Shown here: positions 19,844 to 28,917 of the stretch, piece by piece | Position numbering within the stretch: position 1 is the stretch's first letter | Layout of the letters: each line of letters starts with the position of its first letter | Sequence record: MN895435.1 | Length of the DNA stretch: 64,000 bases | Reading direction: 5' to 3' (one strand) | Source: Escherichia phage teqhal | Translations under genes and position numbers: made by a program | Notes under the pieces: model-generated | The model's input: only the letters and a program-made list of their open reading frames with translations | Told to the model about the DNA's origin: nothing | Database searches by the model: none

Positions 19844-19874
19844 ACAAGCTGACAAGACTATGGTATAGTAGTCT
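19844..19874 (+). promoter_or_regulatory. T4-type early promoter
   Basis: AGTTTACAAGCTGACAAGACTATGGTATAGT upstream of dmd. Confidence 0.5.
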
Positions 19875-19898
19875 TGTTGGTTAAATGAGGAGATTGTT

Positions 19899-20081
19899 AT
19901 GGAATTGGTAAAGGTAGTTTTTATGGGGTGGTTTAAGAATGAAAGCATGTTTACTAAAGAGATCACAATGATGAAAGATGACGTTCAATGGGCTACTACT
20001 CAATATGCTGAAGTTAATAAAGCACTAGTTAAAGCTTTCATTGATGACAAGAAGGTATGTGAAGTGGATTGCCGAGGATAA
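19899..20081 (+). CDS. dmd: Dmd (61.5), antitoxin against host RnlA/LsoA
   Basis: 60 aa ORF in the T4 dmd position between 41 and 61, T4 Dmd length. Confidence 0.6.
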   Translation: MELVKVVFMGWFKNESMFTKEITMMKDDVQWATTQYAEVNKALVKAFIDDKKVCEVDCRG

Positions 20082-20082
20082 T

Positions 20083-20340
20083 ATGCATATCGTTTTATTT
20101 AAACCTACTCCGTATAATGTCAGGAAAAATACTCAATTCAAAGCACTTATTGCAGATACGTGGGAATTAGTATTAGATATTCCGGCAGAAGAAAGCCCTC
20201 CATTTGGTCGAGTGGAATTTATTAAGTTTGCTGTGCGCCCTACAAAGCGACAGATTCGTCAATGCAAAAGATACTTTCGTAAAATCGCCAAGTTAGAGAA
20301 ACAGTTTGTAACATGTGATTATGCAGAAGTTTTAAAATAA
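20083..20340 (+). CDS. hypothetical protein (61.4-like)
   Basis: 85 aa from ATG just after dmd stop (track ORF 20041..20340). Confidence 0.45.
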   Translation: MHIVLFKPTPYNVRKNTQFKALIADTWELVLDIPAEESPPFGRVEFIKFAVRPTKRQIRQCKRYFRKIAKLEKQFVTCDYAEVLK

Positions 20341-20342
20341 CT

Positions 20343-20372
20343 GTTTACTTTTATTGGAAATTGAGATACTAT
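20343..20372 (+). promoter_or_regulatory. T4-type early promoter
   Basis: TGTTTACTTTTATTGGAAATTGAGATACTATATAA upstream of sp. Confidence 0.45.
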
Positions 20373-20400
20373 ATAAACATAAACTACTGAGGAGATTATC

Positions 20401-20694
20401 ATGAAAAAATTTATCTTTGCTGCAATTTTTGCTTTATCTTCTTGCGCTGCTCAGCCTGCTATGGCGGGTTATGACAAAGATTTGTGCGAATGGTCTATGA
20501 CTGCAGATCAGACTGAAGTTGAAATTCAAATTGAAGCGGATATTATGAATATCGTTGAACGTGATCGTCCTGAAATGAAAGCTGAAGTGCAAAAACAACT
20601 TAAATCTGGTGGTGTAATGCAGTATAATTATGTTCTGTATTGCGATAAAAACTTTAATAATAAAAATATCATCGCTGAAGTGGTAGGTGAATAA
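20401..20694 (+). CDS. sp: periplasmic Spackle (Sp, 61.3)-like protein
   Basis: 97 aa, signal peptide MKKFIFAAIFALSSCAAQPAMA, T4 sp position and length. Confidence 0.6.
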   Translation: MKKFIFAAIFALSSCAAQPAMAGYDKDLCEWSMTADQTEVEIQIEADIMNIVERDRPEMKAEVQKQLKSGGVMQYNYVLYCDKNFNNKNIIAEVVGE

Positions 20695-21320
20695 TGCTCT
20701 ATCAAATGCACAAGTGCAAAGATACATACAAATATAAAGGTGCCCAGTGTTATATCATTAATCGTGAAAACGCGGGTCCAGGTCATTCGCATCAATCACG
20801 GTTTGTATTCGTTAAAAACAATGAAATTATAGCAGTTGCTAATTACATGCTTGTGATTAATGACGTTAATCCGGTGCCTTTTACATATTATAATCTAATG
20901 GATTTGGCGTACGATTATAATTGGTTTAATCATGACACTTTGGCTCATATCGAAGGCGTAGGATTTGACATCTCTTATTCTAGTTACTCGTTGTGTCCTA
21001 TGAGCCGAGCTCATAGAGAGCCTGAATATTTTTCATTTCGTCGGCGTGTAGACTTTAAACGCAGCACAGAGTATGTCGGTGGAATATTTGTTAAAGATAA
21101 TCGAATTACTCGCATTATTTATCCTTTGGGCTGTGGTCAAAAAGATATTGATGTTGATTTAGACTTTACTGAAAACATCATTAATCATATTGCTTCTGTG
21201 TATTTTGATATTGATCACAAAATTGTAATATGTGGATATGAATTACCGTTTGAAGAACAGCCTAAAGTAAAAGTTTCTATTGACGATCAAATTTTTAATG
21301 CTTTTATGAATAAAGGTTAA
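20694..21320 (+). CDS. hypothetical protein (61.2-like)
   Basis: 208 aa; C-terminus SIDDQIFNAFMNKG shared with next ORF. Confidence 0.5.
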   Translation: MLYQMHKCKDTYKYKGAQCYIINRENAGPGHSHQSRFVFVKNNEIIAVANYMLVINDVNPVPFTYYNLMDLAYDYNWFNHDTLAHIEGVGFDISYSSYSLCPMSRAHREPEYFSFRRRVDFKRSTEYVGGIFVKDNRITRIIYPLGCGQKDIDVDLDFTENIINHIASVYFDIDHKIVICGYELPFEEQPKVKVSIDDQIFNAFMNKG

Positions 21321-21321
21321 T

Positions 21322-21678
21322 ATGTATAGTTCTGAATTTTCATATTTAAAAATGGAAAAAATTTCATACGATTTTATAGATGAAAAGGTTTATTACAGTT
21401 TCCATGAACCGCGTTTTAATAGTGAGGTTGGGTTTATTGTAGTAAAAGACAATTTCATTTTAAAGATATATTCGGCATTAAAGGATTTTCACTACGAAAA
21501 TATTAACCTAAAATTTGATAAAGAAAACGTTCGTAATTGTGCAGTAACAATTACAGGAAATAAAGGTACATGTGTTATGCTATCTGATGAAATTAATGAT
21601 TTGCTAAATGATGCAGAAAATATTACTGCGCCATCTATTGATGACCAAATTTTTAATGCTTTTATGAATAGAGGTTAA
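21322..21678 (+). CDS. hypothetical protein (61.1-like)
   Basis: 118 aa; C-terminus SIDDQIFNAFMNRG shared with previous ORF. Confidence 0.5.
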   Translation: MYSSEFSYLKMEKISYDFIDEKVYYSFHEPRFNSEVGFIVVKDNFILKIYSALKDFHYENINLKFDKENVRNCAVTITGNKGTCVMLSDEINDLLNDAENITAPSIDDQIFNAFMNRG

Positions 21679-21679
21679 T

Positions 21680-21844
21680 ATGAAAACATATAAAGAATTT
21701 ATTAAAGAAGATATGGTCGCTGGAGATTCAGGTGGTAATCCTGAAAATATCTCTACTGGAACAACGTCAGGTGCTGTAGTAAATAAAGGTCCTGAACAGA
21801 TTCCTAAAAAGAAGAAAGAGGAATCTAAAGAAAAAGAAGAGTAA
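21680..21844 (+). CDS. small Lys/Glu-rich protein (54 aa)
   Basis: ATG with GAGG RBS, ends 2 nt before gene 61; not in ORF track. Confidence 0.3.
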   Translation: MKTYKEFIKEDMVAGDSGGNPENISTGTTSGAVVNKGPEQIPKKKKEESKEKEE

Positions 21845-21846
21845 AA

Positions 21847-22875
21847 ATGTCATCAATACCTTGGATTGATAATGAGTTTGCATACCGTGCATTAGCTCAT
21901 TTACCTAAATTCACACAAGTAAATAATAGTTCAACTTTTAAATTGCGGTTTAGATGTCCTGTTTGTGGAGATTCAAAAACCGACCAGAATAAAGCTCGTG
22001 GATGGTATTATGGTGATAATAATGAAGGAAATATTCATTGTTATAACTGTAATTATCATGCACCAATCGGAATATATTTAAAGGAGTTTGAACCTGATTT
22101 ATATCGTGAGTATATCTTTGAAATAAGAAAAGAAAAAGGTAAAAGTCGTCCAATAGAAAAACCTAAAGAACTTCCTAAGCAACCTGAGAAGAAAATAATT
22201 AAATCTCTTCCGTCATGTGTTAGATTAGATAAACTAGTGGAAGACCATCCAATTATAAAATATGTAAAAGCTCGTTGTATTCCAAAGGATAAATGGAAAT
22301 ATCTTTGGTTTACAACCGAATGGCCTAAATTAGTTAATAGCATAGCACCGGGAACATACAAAAAGGAAATTTCTGAGCCTCGTCTTGTTATTCCAATTTA
22401 TAATGCTAATGGAAAAGCTGAGTCTTTTCAAGGACGTGCATTAAAGAAAGATGCTCCTCAAAAATATATCACCATTAAAGCTTATCCTGAGGCAACAAAA
22501 ATTTACGGTGTTGAACGAGTTAAAGATGGTGATGTATATGTTCTAGAAGGACCTATAGATTCACTTTTTATTGAAAATGGTATAGCTATTACAGGTGGTC
22601 AATTAGACCTAGAAGTTGTTCCATTTAAAGATAGACGAGTGTGGGTTTTAGATAATGAACCTCGTCACCTTGACACTATCAAACGAATGACTAAATTAGT
22701 TGATGCAGGAGAAAGGGTTATGTTTTGGGATAAATCTCCCTGGAAATCAAAAGATGTCAATGATATGATTAGAAAGGAAGGTGCAACCCCTGAACAAATT
22801 ATGGAATATATGAAAAATAATATTGCCCAGGGGTTGATGGCTAAAATGCGGCTATCTAAATATGCTAAGATTTAA
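21847..22875 (+). CDS. 61: DNA primase gp61
   Basis: 342 aa, zinc ribbon CPVCGDS...CYNC and Toprim region, T4 gp61 length. Confidence 0.9.
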   Translation: MSSIPWIDNEFAYRALAHLPKFTQVNNSSTFKLRFRCPVCGDSKTDQNKARGWYYGDNNEGNIHCYNCNYHAPIGIYLKEFEPDLYREYIFEIRKEKGKSRPIEKPKELPKQPEKKIIKSLPSCVRLDKLVEDHPIIKYVKARCIPKDKWKYLWFTTEWPKLVNSIAPGTYKKEISEPRLVIPIYNANGKAESFQGRALKKDAPQKYITIKAYPEATKIYGVERVKDGDVYVLEGPIDSLFIENGIAITGGQLDLEVVPFKDRRVWVLDNEPRHLDTIKRMTKLVDAGERVMFWDKSPWKSKDVNDMIRKEGATPEQIMEYMKNNIAQGLMAKMRLSKYAKI

Positions 22876-23072
22876 ATCAACCCAACTAAAGCAAATGCTA
22901 AATCTACAAATGTATCAAGAGTAACTACTGGAATATTAATACCATGCGCAATTGCAACAGGTGATAGAATAAAGTTCCAGAGTAAAATTCCTACCATAGC
23001 AGAAATAGTAAAAGCTATACGTTTTTTATTACCTTTTATGGCATTAACAAGTGCCATTAATTTTTGTACCAT
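22872..23072 (-). CDS. small antisense membrane protein
   Basis: 66 aa, strong SD AAGGAGGA 5 nt upstream, hydrophobic segments; convergent with gene 61. Confidence 0.4.
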   Translation of the reverse strand: MVQKLMALVNAIKGNKKRIAFTISAMVGILLWNFILSPVAIAHGINIPVVTLDTFVDLAFALVGLI

Positions 23073-23082
23073 ATGTCCTCCT

Positions 23083-23110
23083 TATTGCTTTATATATTTA
23101 TTGTATAATT
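23083..23110 (+). promoter_or_regulatory. MotA-dependent middle promoter upstream of gene 56
   Basis: MotA box ATTGCTTTA about 11 nt upstream of TATAAT. Confidence 0.5.
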
Positions 23111-23145
23111 AATCTACTAACCCATGAATTGAAAGGAAAAAAATA

Positions 23146-23664
23146 ATGGCTTACTTTAATGAATGTGCTCATTTGATCGAAGGTGTTGATAAAGCAAATC
23201 GTGCATATGCTGAGAATATTATGCACAATATTGACCCACTGCAGGTTATGCTTGATATGCAGCGGCATTTACAGATTCGTTTGGCTAATGATAAACCAGA
23301 AACAAATCGTCATCCTGATTCACTTGAAACCGCAGGAGAAGTTCTTGCTTGGTTGCGAAACCAAGACGATTATATCGCAGATGAAACTCGCGAACTATAT
23401 ACTTCTCTTGGTGGTATGAGTAATGGTGAAAAAGAAGCTTCTGCTGTATGGAAACCTTGGAAGAAACGTTATTCTGAAATGCAATCCAAGAAAATTCAAG
23501 ATTTATCTCCCGAAGATCAGCTTGAAATTAAATTTGAACTGATTGACCAATTTCACTTTTTCATGAATAAATTTATTGCTCTTGGAATGTCAGCTGAAGA
23601 AATCTTTAAACTTTATTACCTGAAAAATGCTGAAAACTTCGCTCGTCAAGACCGAGGTTATTAA
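23146..23664 (+). CDS. 56: dCTP pyrophosphatase gp56
   Basis: 172 aa, MAYFNECAHLIEGVDKA ... KLYYLKNAENFARQDRGY matches remembered T4 gp56. Confidence 0.85.
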   Translation: MAYFNECAHLIEGVDKANRAYAENIMHNIDPLQVMLDMQRHLQIRLANDKPETNRHPDSLETAGEVLAWLRNQDDYIADETRELYTSLGGMSNGEKEASAVWKPWKKRYSEMQSKKIQDLSPEDQLEIKFELIDQFHFFMNKFIALGMSAEEIFKLYYLKNAENFARQDRGY

Positions 23665-23864
23665 TGGCTCGTTTAAATAAGCGTCAGCTTAAGAAAGCCC
23701 ATAAGAAACGTATTGACCAGCTATTTAAAGATTATAACAAGGAGCTCACATATGAGCTCTTATCTAATCAGCTTCGTATGGTTGATTGGGTTATAGAAGA
23801 AGGTCCTGACGAAATTTTTGTCAGTGAAGAAGCCTTAAAATTAATTATAGAGCATTCAAAATGA
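23664..23864 (+). CDS. hypothetical basic protein
   Basis: 66 aa ORF with ATGA overlap. Confidence 0.45.
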   Translation: MARLNKRQLKKAHKKRIDQLFKDYNKELTYELLSNQLRMVDWVIEEGPDEIFVSEEALKLIIEHSK

Positions 23865-24034
23865 AAATATCCAAAGAAGAATTTATTAGACGACAAAAAG
23901 CTTTAATTAATTTACATGAGTGGTATGCTTATCAACTTAAAGTAGATAGCTCTAATATAAATGCTGTAATGGCTTTATATAAACAAATTCAAGATGAACA
24001 TGAATTCCTGGCACAAGTTTTCATTGAAGATTGA
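23861..24034 (+). CDS. hypothetical protein (57 aa)
   Basis: ATGA overlap with previous ORF; not in ORF track. Confidence 0.3.
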   Translation: MKISKEEFIRRQKALINLHEWYAYQLKVDSSNINAVMALYKQIQDEHEFLAQVFIED

Positions 24035-24042
24035 TATAAATA
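24035..24042 (+). promoter_or_regulatory. late promoter TATAAATA upstream of soc
   Basis: exact TATAAATA about 30 nt upstream of soc ATG. Confidence 0.6.
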
Positions 24043-24073
24043 CACCTGTAATTAAACAATAAAGGAGTTTATT

Positions 24074-24310
24074 ATGGGTGGTTTCGTTAACATCAAGACC
24101 TTTACTCATCCAGCAGGTGAAGGCAAAGAAGTTAAAGGTATGGAAGTTTCTGTAGCATTTGATGTATATTCAAATGAACACCGTATTGCAGATTCTCATT
24201 ATCAAATCTTTCCGTCAGAAAAAGCAGCTTTTTCTGATGTAGTTTCTGATGCAGCAACTTGGAAAACTAAGAATGCTGCAATGTTTACACCTACAGAAAT
24301 AGGTGGTTAA
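24074..24310 (+). CDS. soc: small outer capsid protein Soc
   Basis: 78 aa; GFVNIKTF ... VSVAFDVYSNEHRIADSHYQIFPSEKAAF resembles remembered T4 Soc. Confidence 0.75.
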   Translation: MGGFVNIKTFTHPAGEGKEVKGMEVSVAFDVYSNEHRIADSHYQIFPSEKAAFSDVVSDAATWKTKNAAMFTPTEIGG

Positions 24311-24317
24311 TAATTCA

Positions 24318-24343
24318 AGGACTCCCTAGGGAGTCCTTTTTCA
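24318..24343 (+). terminator. hairpin AAGGACTCCCTAGGGAGTCCTTTTT
   Basis: perfect palindrome plus T-run after soc. Confidence 0.6.
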
Positions 24344-24374
24344 TTTTACCGGTTTACTTTCCAAAATGAGTATG
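24344..24374 (+). promoter_or_regulatory. T4-type early promoter
   Basis: GGTTTACTTTCCAAAATGAGTATGGTATAATAG. Confidence 0.5.
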
Positions 24375-24407
24375 GTATAATAGAATTATCTTATAGAGGA
24401 GAGCACT

Positions 24408-24614
24408 ATGTTAAATCGTTGGATTAAACCAAATGAAGATTTAGATATTATCATTTCACGACATGTAATGAAGAAATATGAACTACAACCATGGTCTACA
24501 GAAGTTGTTGTGCATTCATTTATGATGTACGCAGATGGTTCTGTCGAATTTAATGCAGAGATTCGATATGATTATGGTGAGAAGCAAGTCGAATTCAAAA
24601 GAGGCTTTTTGTAA
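24408..24614 (+). CDS. hypothetical protein
   Basis: 68 aa ORF with GGAG RBS. Confidence 0.45.
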   Translation: MLNRWIKPNEDLDIIISRHVMKKYELQPWSTEVVVHSFMMYADGSVEFNAEIRYDYGEKQVEFKRGFL

Positions 24615-24952
24615 TGTTTATCTTTAATTGGTTTAAAAATTTCTTTACAGATTTTTTCTCTACAACTCCGGGAGAAGGTGTAGTTCCTATTTCAAATGAC
24701 TATCTTCCTTTAACTGTAGTTGAGTATGTTTATATGGGAGATGGAACAGTAGAAGCAGTTACTATGACTTATGAAGAAGCCCAGGAATATTATAAAAATC
24801 CTTGGCGTTGGTCAACACCTACATCATCTAATACGCAGAATACACAGTCTAGTTCTGATTCATATGACACTAATGTTCCTGTTCATGTATGGACGGGCGA
24901 TTCATGTGGAAGTTCTTGTGATTCTAGTTGTTCATCTACATCTTGTGATTGA
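24614..24952 (+). CDS. hypothetical protein with Cys/Ser-rich C-terminal tail
   Basis: 112 aa ending [18 protein letters not shown]. Confidence 0.45.
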   Translation: MFIFNWFKNFFTDFFSTTPGEGVVPISNDYLPLTVVEYVYMGDGTVEAVTMTYEEAQEYYKNPWRWSTPTSSNTQNTQSSSDSYDTNVPVHVWTGDSCGSSCDSSCSSTSCD

Positions 24953-24960
24953 GGAAAATT

Positions 24961-25446
24961 ATGGAAGCGATTTTGTTTGAAATGTATATTAGCAGTAATA
25001 GTATGTCGTTTGCTAAAGACGTTCCAATTACCGTAGCAGTAATGATTGATAAGGGTTATTGTGACCCAATGTATCTCGTAGAAAATTTCGTTTCAATGCC
25101 AGTTCCAGAAGATGCTGAAATAAAACTTAAAAAGATTGGTATTATTGAAACTGTACCAAATATTCCATTTAGAGCAATTGAAGCATTTACTAAATCCGAA
25201 TACATTAATGTTAGCGCAGAACAATATAATGATAAGCCTTTATCTTTTTATTCGTACGATTCACTATATAGTTGGAAAATAGATAAAGGAAATAAATTTA
25301 TAATTGTAAGTGAAGATGCGTTATCATACTTTATTTCTTCTGTGTGGAATAGTTTACATCCAAATTTGCTAAAAATTCATGAATTTGATGATGCTCCTAC
25401 TGTTGTTTTAGGTAAAACAAATGAAAGCTCTGAAGAAGATGCTTGA
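24961..25446 (+). CDS. hypothetical protein (possibly Mrh-like, tentative)
   Basis: 161 aa from ATG 24961 with GAGG RBS (track ORF begins at upstream TTG); T4 mrh position and size. Confidence 0.4.
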   Translation: MEAILFEMYISSNSMSFAKDVPITVAVMIDKGYCDPMYLVENFVSMPVPEDAEIKLKKIGIIETVPNIPFRAIEAFTKSEYINVSAEQYNDKPLSFYSYDSLYSWKIDKGNKFIIVSEDALSYFISSVWNSLHPNLLKIHEFDDAPTVVLGKTNESSEEDA

Positions 25447-25624
25447 ATGGTTCAATAGACCAAACTCGATGTATATTGATGATGGTTGGGTTGAACAAGC
25501 AAATAAAGAAATGCAGAACGAATCGGAAGAATGGATGAAATCAATGATTAGTGCTGAGAAAGAAAAGAAATTAGAACGCTCAGCGCTTAAATTAATGAGA
25601 GACATCTATGGGGATAAATCGTGA
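25421..25624 (+). CDS. hypothetical protein
   Basis: 67 aa charged ORF overlapping previous gene. Confidence 0.35.
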   Translation: MKALKKMLEWFNRPNSMYIDDGWVEQANKEMQNESEEWMKSMISAEKEKKLERSALKLMRDIYGDKS

Positions 25625-25777
25625 ACAGAGATATGATATTAGAAGAGGCTAAAGCTAAAGCAAATGAAGCAATGGATTTGCTTCTTAAAATTGGCAGTAA
25701 AATGATGGAAGAAAATGAGAAATATATCCAGGAAAACAAAATTCCTGACGGTCCATTAGTAGGCAAGAGGAAATCGC

Positions 25778-26260
25778 ATGATTGAAGTAGCAAAACATTA
25801 TTCAATAGAATTTATGTCTAAAGAAGGTAAATCAGTAAATGCACTTGATAAAAAATGCTCATTAATTATTCCTTTAGCAGAAAATCCGGATCTTTTAATT
25901 AAAGATATAAAAGAAAGAAAATATCCAGAAAATGTTATTCTAATTATAAAGCATACTGAAGATATTTTACAGAATACTGATTCACCGTTTTCTTCTTCTG
26001 AAGCTTTAACTATTAAAGGCTATAAAAGAGCTCATGAATATGGTCTTTTTGCCCTGTTTGAAGACGATAAAGTTAAATTAGCACTTAATTTAGCAGGTCA
26101 ACCTTCTAAAAGTAAAACATTCATTATTGAAGATATTAAAGATATAAATGCATTTGTTAAGATGGTCTGGGCTCATTTTGATGTTGGACTACGCTGGAGA
26201 ATGTCTGAAGAAGAAAGAAAGATTATTGAAGCTAATCGTTATTTTGGTTTTTATCGCTAG
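25778..26260 (+). CDS. hypothetical protein
   Basis: 160 aa ORF. Confidence 0.45.
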   Translation: MIEVAKHYSIEFMSKEGKSVNALDKKCSLIIPLAENPDLLIKDIKERKYPENVILIIKHTEDILQNTDSPFSSSEALTIKGYKRAHEYGLFALFEDDKVKLALNLAGQPSKSKTFIIEDIKDINAFVKMVWAHFDVGLRWRMSEEERKIIEANRYFGFYR

Positions 26261-26268
26261 GAATTAAT

Positions 26269-26451
26269 ATGGATTTATTTGAGATGTTAGAAGATAATCA
26301 TTCTACGAATATCCAGAATGATTCTAGTGATTATAAGAAAGAGTACCGTATAGTATTACAGAATTATGGAATTGAAGCCCCAGATGCTCTTCTAGAAGAA
26401 CTAGCTTCATACCATCTTGACCCTCCGCCTTGGGCTCCCTGGGCAAAATAA
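26269..26451 (+). CDS. hypothetical acidic protein
   Basis: 60 aa ORF. Confidence 0.35.
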   Translation: MDLFEMLEDNHSTNIQNDSSDYKKEYRIVLQNYGIEAPDALLEELASYHLDPPPWAPWAK

Positions 26452-26463
26452 TTCAAAAAGTTG

Positions 26464-26493
26464 TTTACTTTCCTTTCTAACGATGATATGATA
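26464..26493 (+). promoter_or_regulatory. T4-type early promoter
   Basis: GTTTACTTTCCTTTCTAACGATGATATGATAG. Confidence 0.4.
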
Positions 26494-26518
26494 GCTTCTG
26501 AAGTATATGGAGGCTATC

Positions 26519-27142
26519 ATGATTATTAATCTCGCAGATGTTGAACAGTTATCTATAAAAGCTGAAAGTGTCGATTTTCAATATGATATGTACAAAAAGG
26601 TCTGTGAAAAATTTACTGACTTTGAACAGTCAGTTCTTTGGCAGTGTATGGAAGCCAAAAAGAATGAAGCTCTTCATCGGCAGTTGAATAAAATCGTTAA
26701 AAAGCATTTAACTAAATCGCCTTATCAGCTATATCGTGGTATATCAAAATCGACAAAAGAACTCATTAAAGATTTACAAGTTGGAGAAGTGTTTTCAACG
26801 AACAGAGTAGATTCATTTACTACTAGTTTGCACACAGCATGTGGTTTTTCTTATGTTGAGTATTTCACTGAAATAATATTTCGCTTAAAAACTGATAAAG
26901 CTTTTAATTATTCTGACCATATCAGCGATATTATACTTTCTTCTCCTAATACTGAATTTAAGTATACATATGAAGATACTGATGGATTAGATTCAGAACG
27001 TACTGATAACTTAATGATGATTGTACGTGAACAAGAATGGATGATTCCAATTGGAAAGTATAAAATAACTTCTATTTCAAAAGAAAAATTACACGATTCA
27101 TTTGGAACATTTAAAGTGTATGATATTGAGGTAGTTGAATGA
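26519..27142 (+). CDS. modB: ADP-ribosyltransferase ModB
   Basis: 207 aa from ATG 26519 with GGAGG RBS; R (LYRG), S-T-S (FSTNRVDSFTTS), E-x-E (REQEWMIP) motifs. Confidence 0.6.
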   Translation: MIINLADVEQLSIKAESVDFQYDMYKKVCEKFTDFEQSVLWQCMEAKKNEALHRQLNKIVKKHLTKSPYQLYRGISKSTKELIKDLQVGEVFSTNRVDSFTTSLHTACGFSYVEYFTEIIFRLKTDKAFNYSDHISDIILSSPNTEFKYTYEDTDGLDSERTDNLMMIVREQEWMIPIGKYKITSISKEKLHDSFGTFKVYDIEVVE

Positions 27143-27741
27143 AATATTCAGCAATGCAATTAAAAGATTTTAAAATCAAATCAATGGATGCATCTGTGCG
27201 TGCTTCTATTCGTGAAGAATTACTTTCCGAAGGATTTAATTTATCTGAAATTGAACTTTTAATTCATTGTATTACTAATAAACCAGACGATCATTCTTGG
27301 TTAAATGAAATAGTCAAATCTCGTTTGGTTCCAAACGATAAACCTCTTTGGAGAGGTGTTCCAGTTGAGACTAAACAGGTGTTAAATCAAGGAATTGATA
27401 TTATTACATTTGATAAAGTAGTATCAGCTTCATATGATAAAAATATAGCTCTACATTTTGCTTCTGGATTAGAATACAACACACAAGTTATTTTTGAATT
27501 CAAAGCTCCTATGGTGTTTAATTTCCAGGAGTATGCTATAAAAGCTTTACGTTGTAAAGAATATAGTCCGAGTTTTAAGTTTCCGGATAGCCATCGCTAT
27601 CGTAATATGGAATTAGTTTCAGATGAACAAGAAGTAATGATACCAGCTGGAAGTGTATTTAGAATTGCGGATAGATACGAGTATAAAAAGTATTCAACAT
27701 ACACTATCTATACTCTTGATTTTGAAGGATTTAATCTATAA
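27139..27741 (+). CDS. modA: ADP-ribosyltransferase ModA
   Basis: 200 aa; R (LWRG), S-x-S (VVSASYD), E-x-E (DEQEVMIP) motifs; paralogue of upstream gene. Confidence 0.6.
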   Translation: MKYSAMQLKDFKIKSMDASVRASIREELLSEGFNLSEIELLIHCITNKPDDHSWLNEIVKSRLVPNDKPLWRGVPVETKQVLNQGIDIITFDKVVSASYDKNIALHFASGLEYNTQVIFEFKAPMVFNFQEYAIKALRCKEYSPSFKFPDSHRYRNMELVSDEQEVMIPAGSVFRIADRYEYKKYSTYTIYTLDFEGFNL

Positions 27742-27805
27742 TGGAAGGACTTAGATTCATTATACCATGAAAGTTTTAAAGCATTTTTCATAAAGTTGTT
27801 TACAA

Positions 27806-27836
27806 GCTGAAGTAAAAATGTTATAGTATAAGTAGT
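27806..27836 (+). promoter_or_regulatory. T4-type early promoter
   Basis: TGTTTACAAGCTGAAGTAAAAATGTTATAGTATAAG. Confidence 0.5.
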
Positions 27837-27857
27837 TAACCCGTCCGTGAGAAAAAT

Positions 27858-28604
27858 ATGAAACTGTCTAAAAATCAAATTCGTAAAATTACACGTCGTC
27901 TAGAGCACACTCAGGCATCTGCTAAAAGACGTTCTAAAGATTTTAACTTAGACTTCAATTACATTAAGAACATTTTAGATCAGAAAGTTTGCGCTTACTC
28001 AGGAGAACCTTTTGATAATCGTATTGAAGGAGAGAAATTATCATTAGAACGTTTTGATAATAACGTTGGATACATTAAAGGGAATGTTATTGCAGTAAAG
28101 AAAAAGTACAATACATTTCGTTCTGATTATACTTTAGAAGAGTTGATTGAAAAGCGTGATTTATTTGCTTTGCGAATTGGTCGTTCATCTGCGAAAAAAG
28201 TTCATAAACTAAATTTAGATGAAAAGAAATGGGCTAAAATCAAAAAGACTTATAATCAAATTAAAGCTATACAGAAAAAACGTGAAAACCGAATTGAACA
28301 CATTTCTCAGCTTTCTAAATCAAAACAAACTTCTGACGTTAAGCTAACGATTATAGCACTTAAAGCTCGTATTGATGGTTCTCGTATAGCAGAAGGCGCT
28401 GAAGTTGTTAAATTGAACGTTCTTCTTAAAGGCTCGGATTGGAAAACTGTGAAAAAGTTGTCAGAAGCAGAAATGCAATATGATATGTGTGATAAAATTA
28501 TTCAAGGTGTAGAGCGGTATCAAAACTTGTCTTTTATTGATAAACTTAAACTGAAAAGAGGATATCCGCTAAATTGTTCAATTTTTAAACTTATCCGAGG
28601 ATAA
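27858..28604 (+). CDS. Srd-like protein (tentative)
   Basis: 248 aa basic protein in the T4 srd position between modA and dda.1. Confidence 0.45.
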   Translation: MKLSKNQIRKITRRLEHTQASAKRRSKDFNLDFNYIKNILDQKVCAYSGEPFDNRIEGEKLSLERFDNNVGYIKGNVIAVKKKYNTFRSDYTLEELIEKRDLFALRIGRSSAKKVHKLNLDEKKWAKIKKTYNQIKAIQKKRENRIEHISQLSKSKQTSDVKLTIIALKARIDGSRIAEGAEVVKLNVLLKGSDWKTVKKLSEAEMQYDMCDKIIQGVERYQNLSFIDKLKLKRGYPLNCSIFKLIRG

Positions 28605-28605
28605 T

Positions 28606-28917
28606 ATGGTTTATGTATATGCGATAGTTTACCGAGACAAAGACGGATTTACGGCGCCAGTTCCGCTTGATGAACATCGTCCTGCTGTATTTTTTGAATG
28701 GAATATTGCTGACAAAGTATTTACCACTCTTAAAGAGCAGTATCAACTAGCTTTAGGCAAGGGAATTCCAAGATTAGTTGAGACTCCACGTAAATTTTGG
28801 TTTAATAAAATAGAAGTTAAACATGTTAAGCCTGATGTAGACACACAAAGATTATATCAGCGAATTTTAGATACTGGGCGTATTGTTAGTATACCAATTG
28901 CAGGGAATTTACGATGA
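28606..28917 (+). CDS. hypothetical protein (dda.1-like)
   Basis: 103 aa ORF immediately upstream of dda. Confidence 0.45.
   Translation: MVYVYAIVYRDKDGFTAPVPLDEHRPAVFFEWNIADKVFTTLKEQYQLALGKGIPRLVETPRKFWFNKIEVKHVKPDVDTQRLYQRILDTGRIVSIPIAGNLR

Noticed and set aside
23073-23145. Possible late promoter for the antisense ORF 22872..23072
   Set aside because: The minus-strand upstream sequence has only near-matches (TATATAAAG), not an exact TATAAATA, so no promoter was annotated for that ORF.
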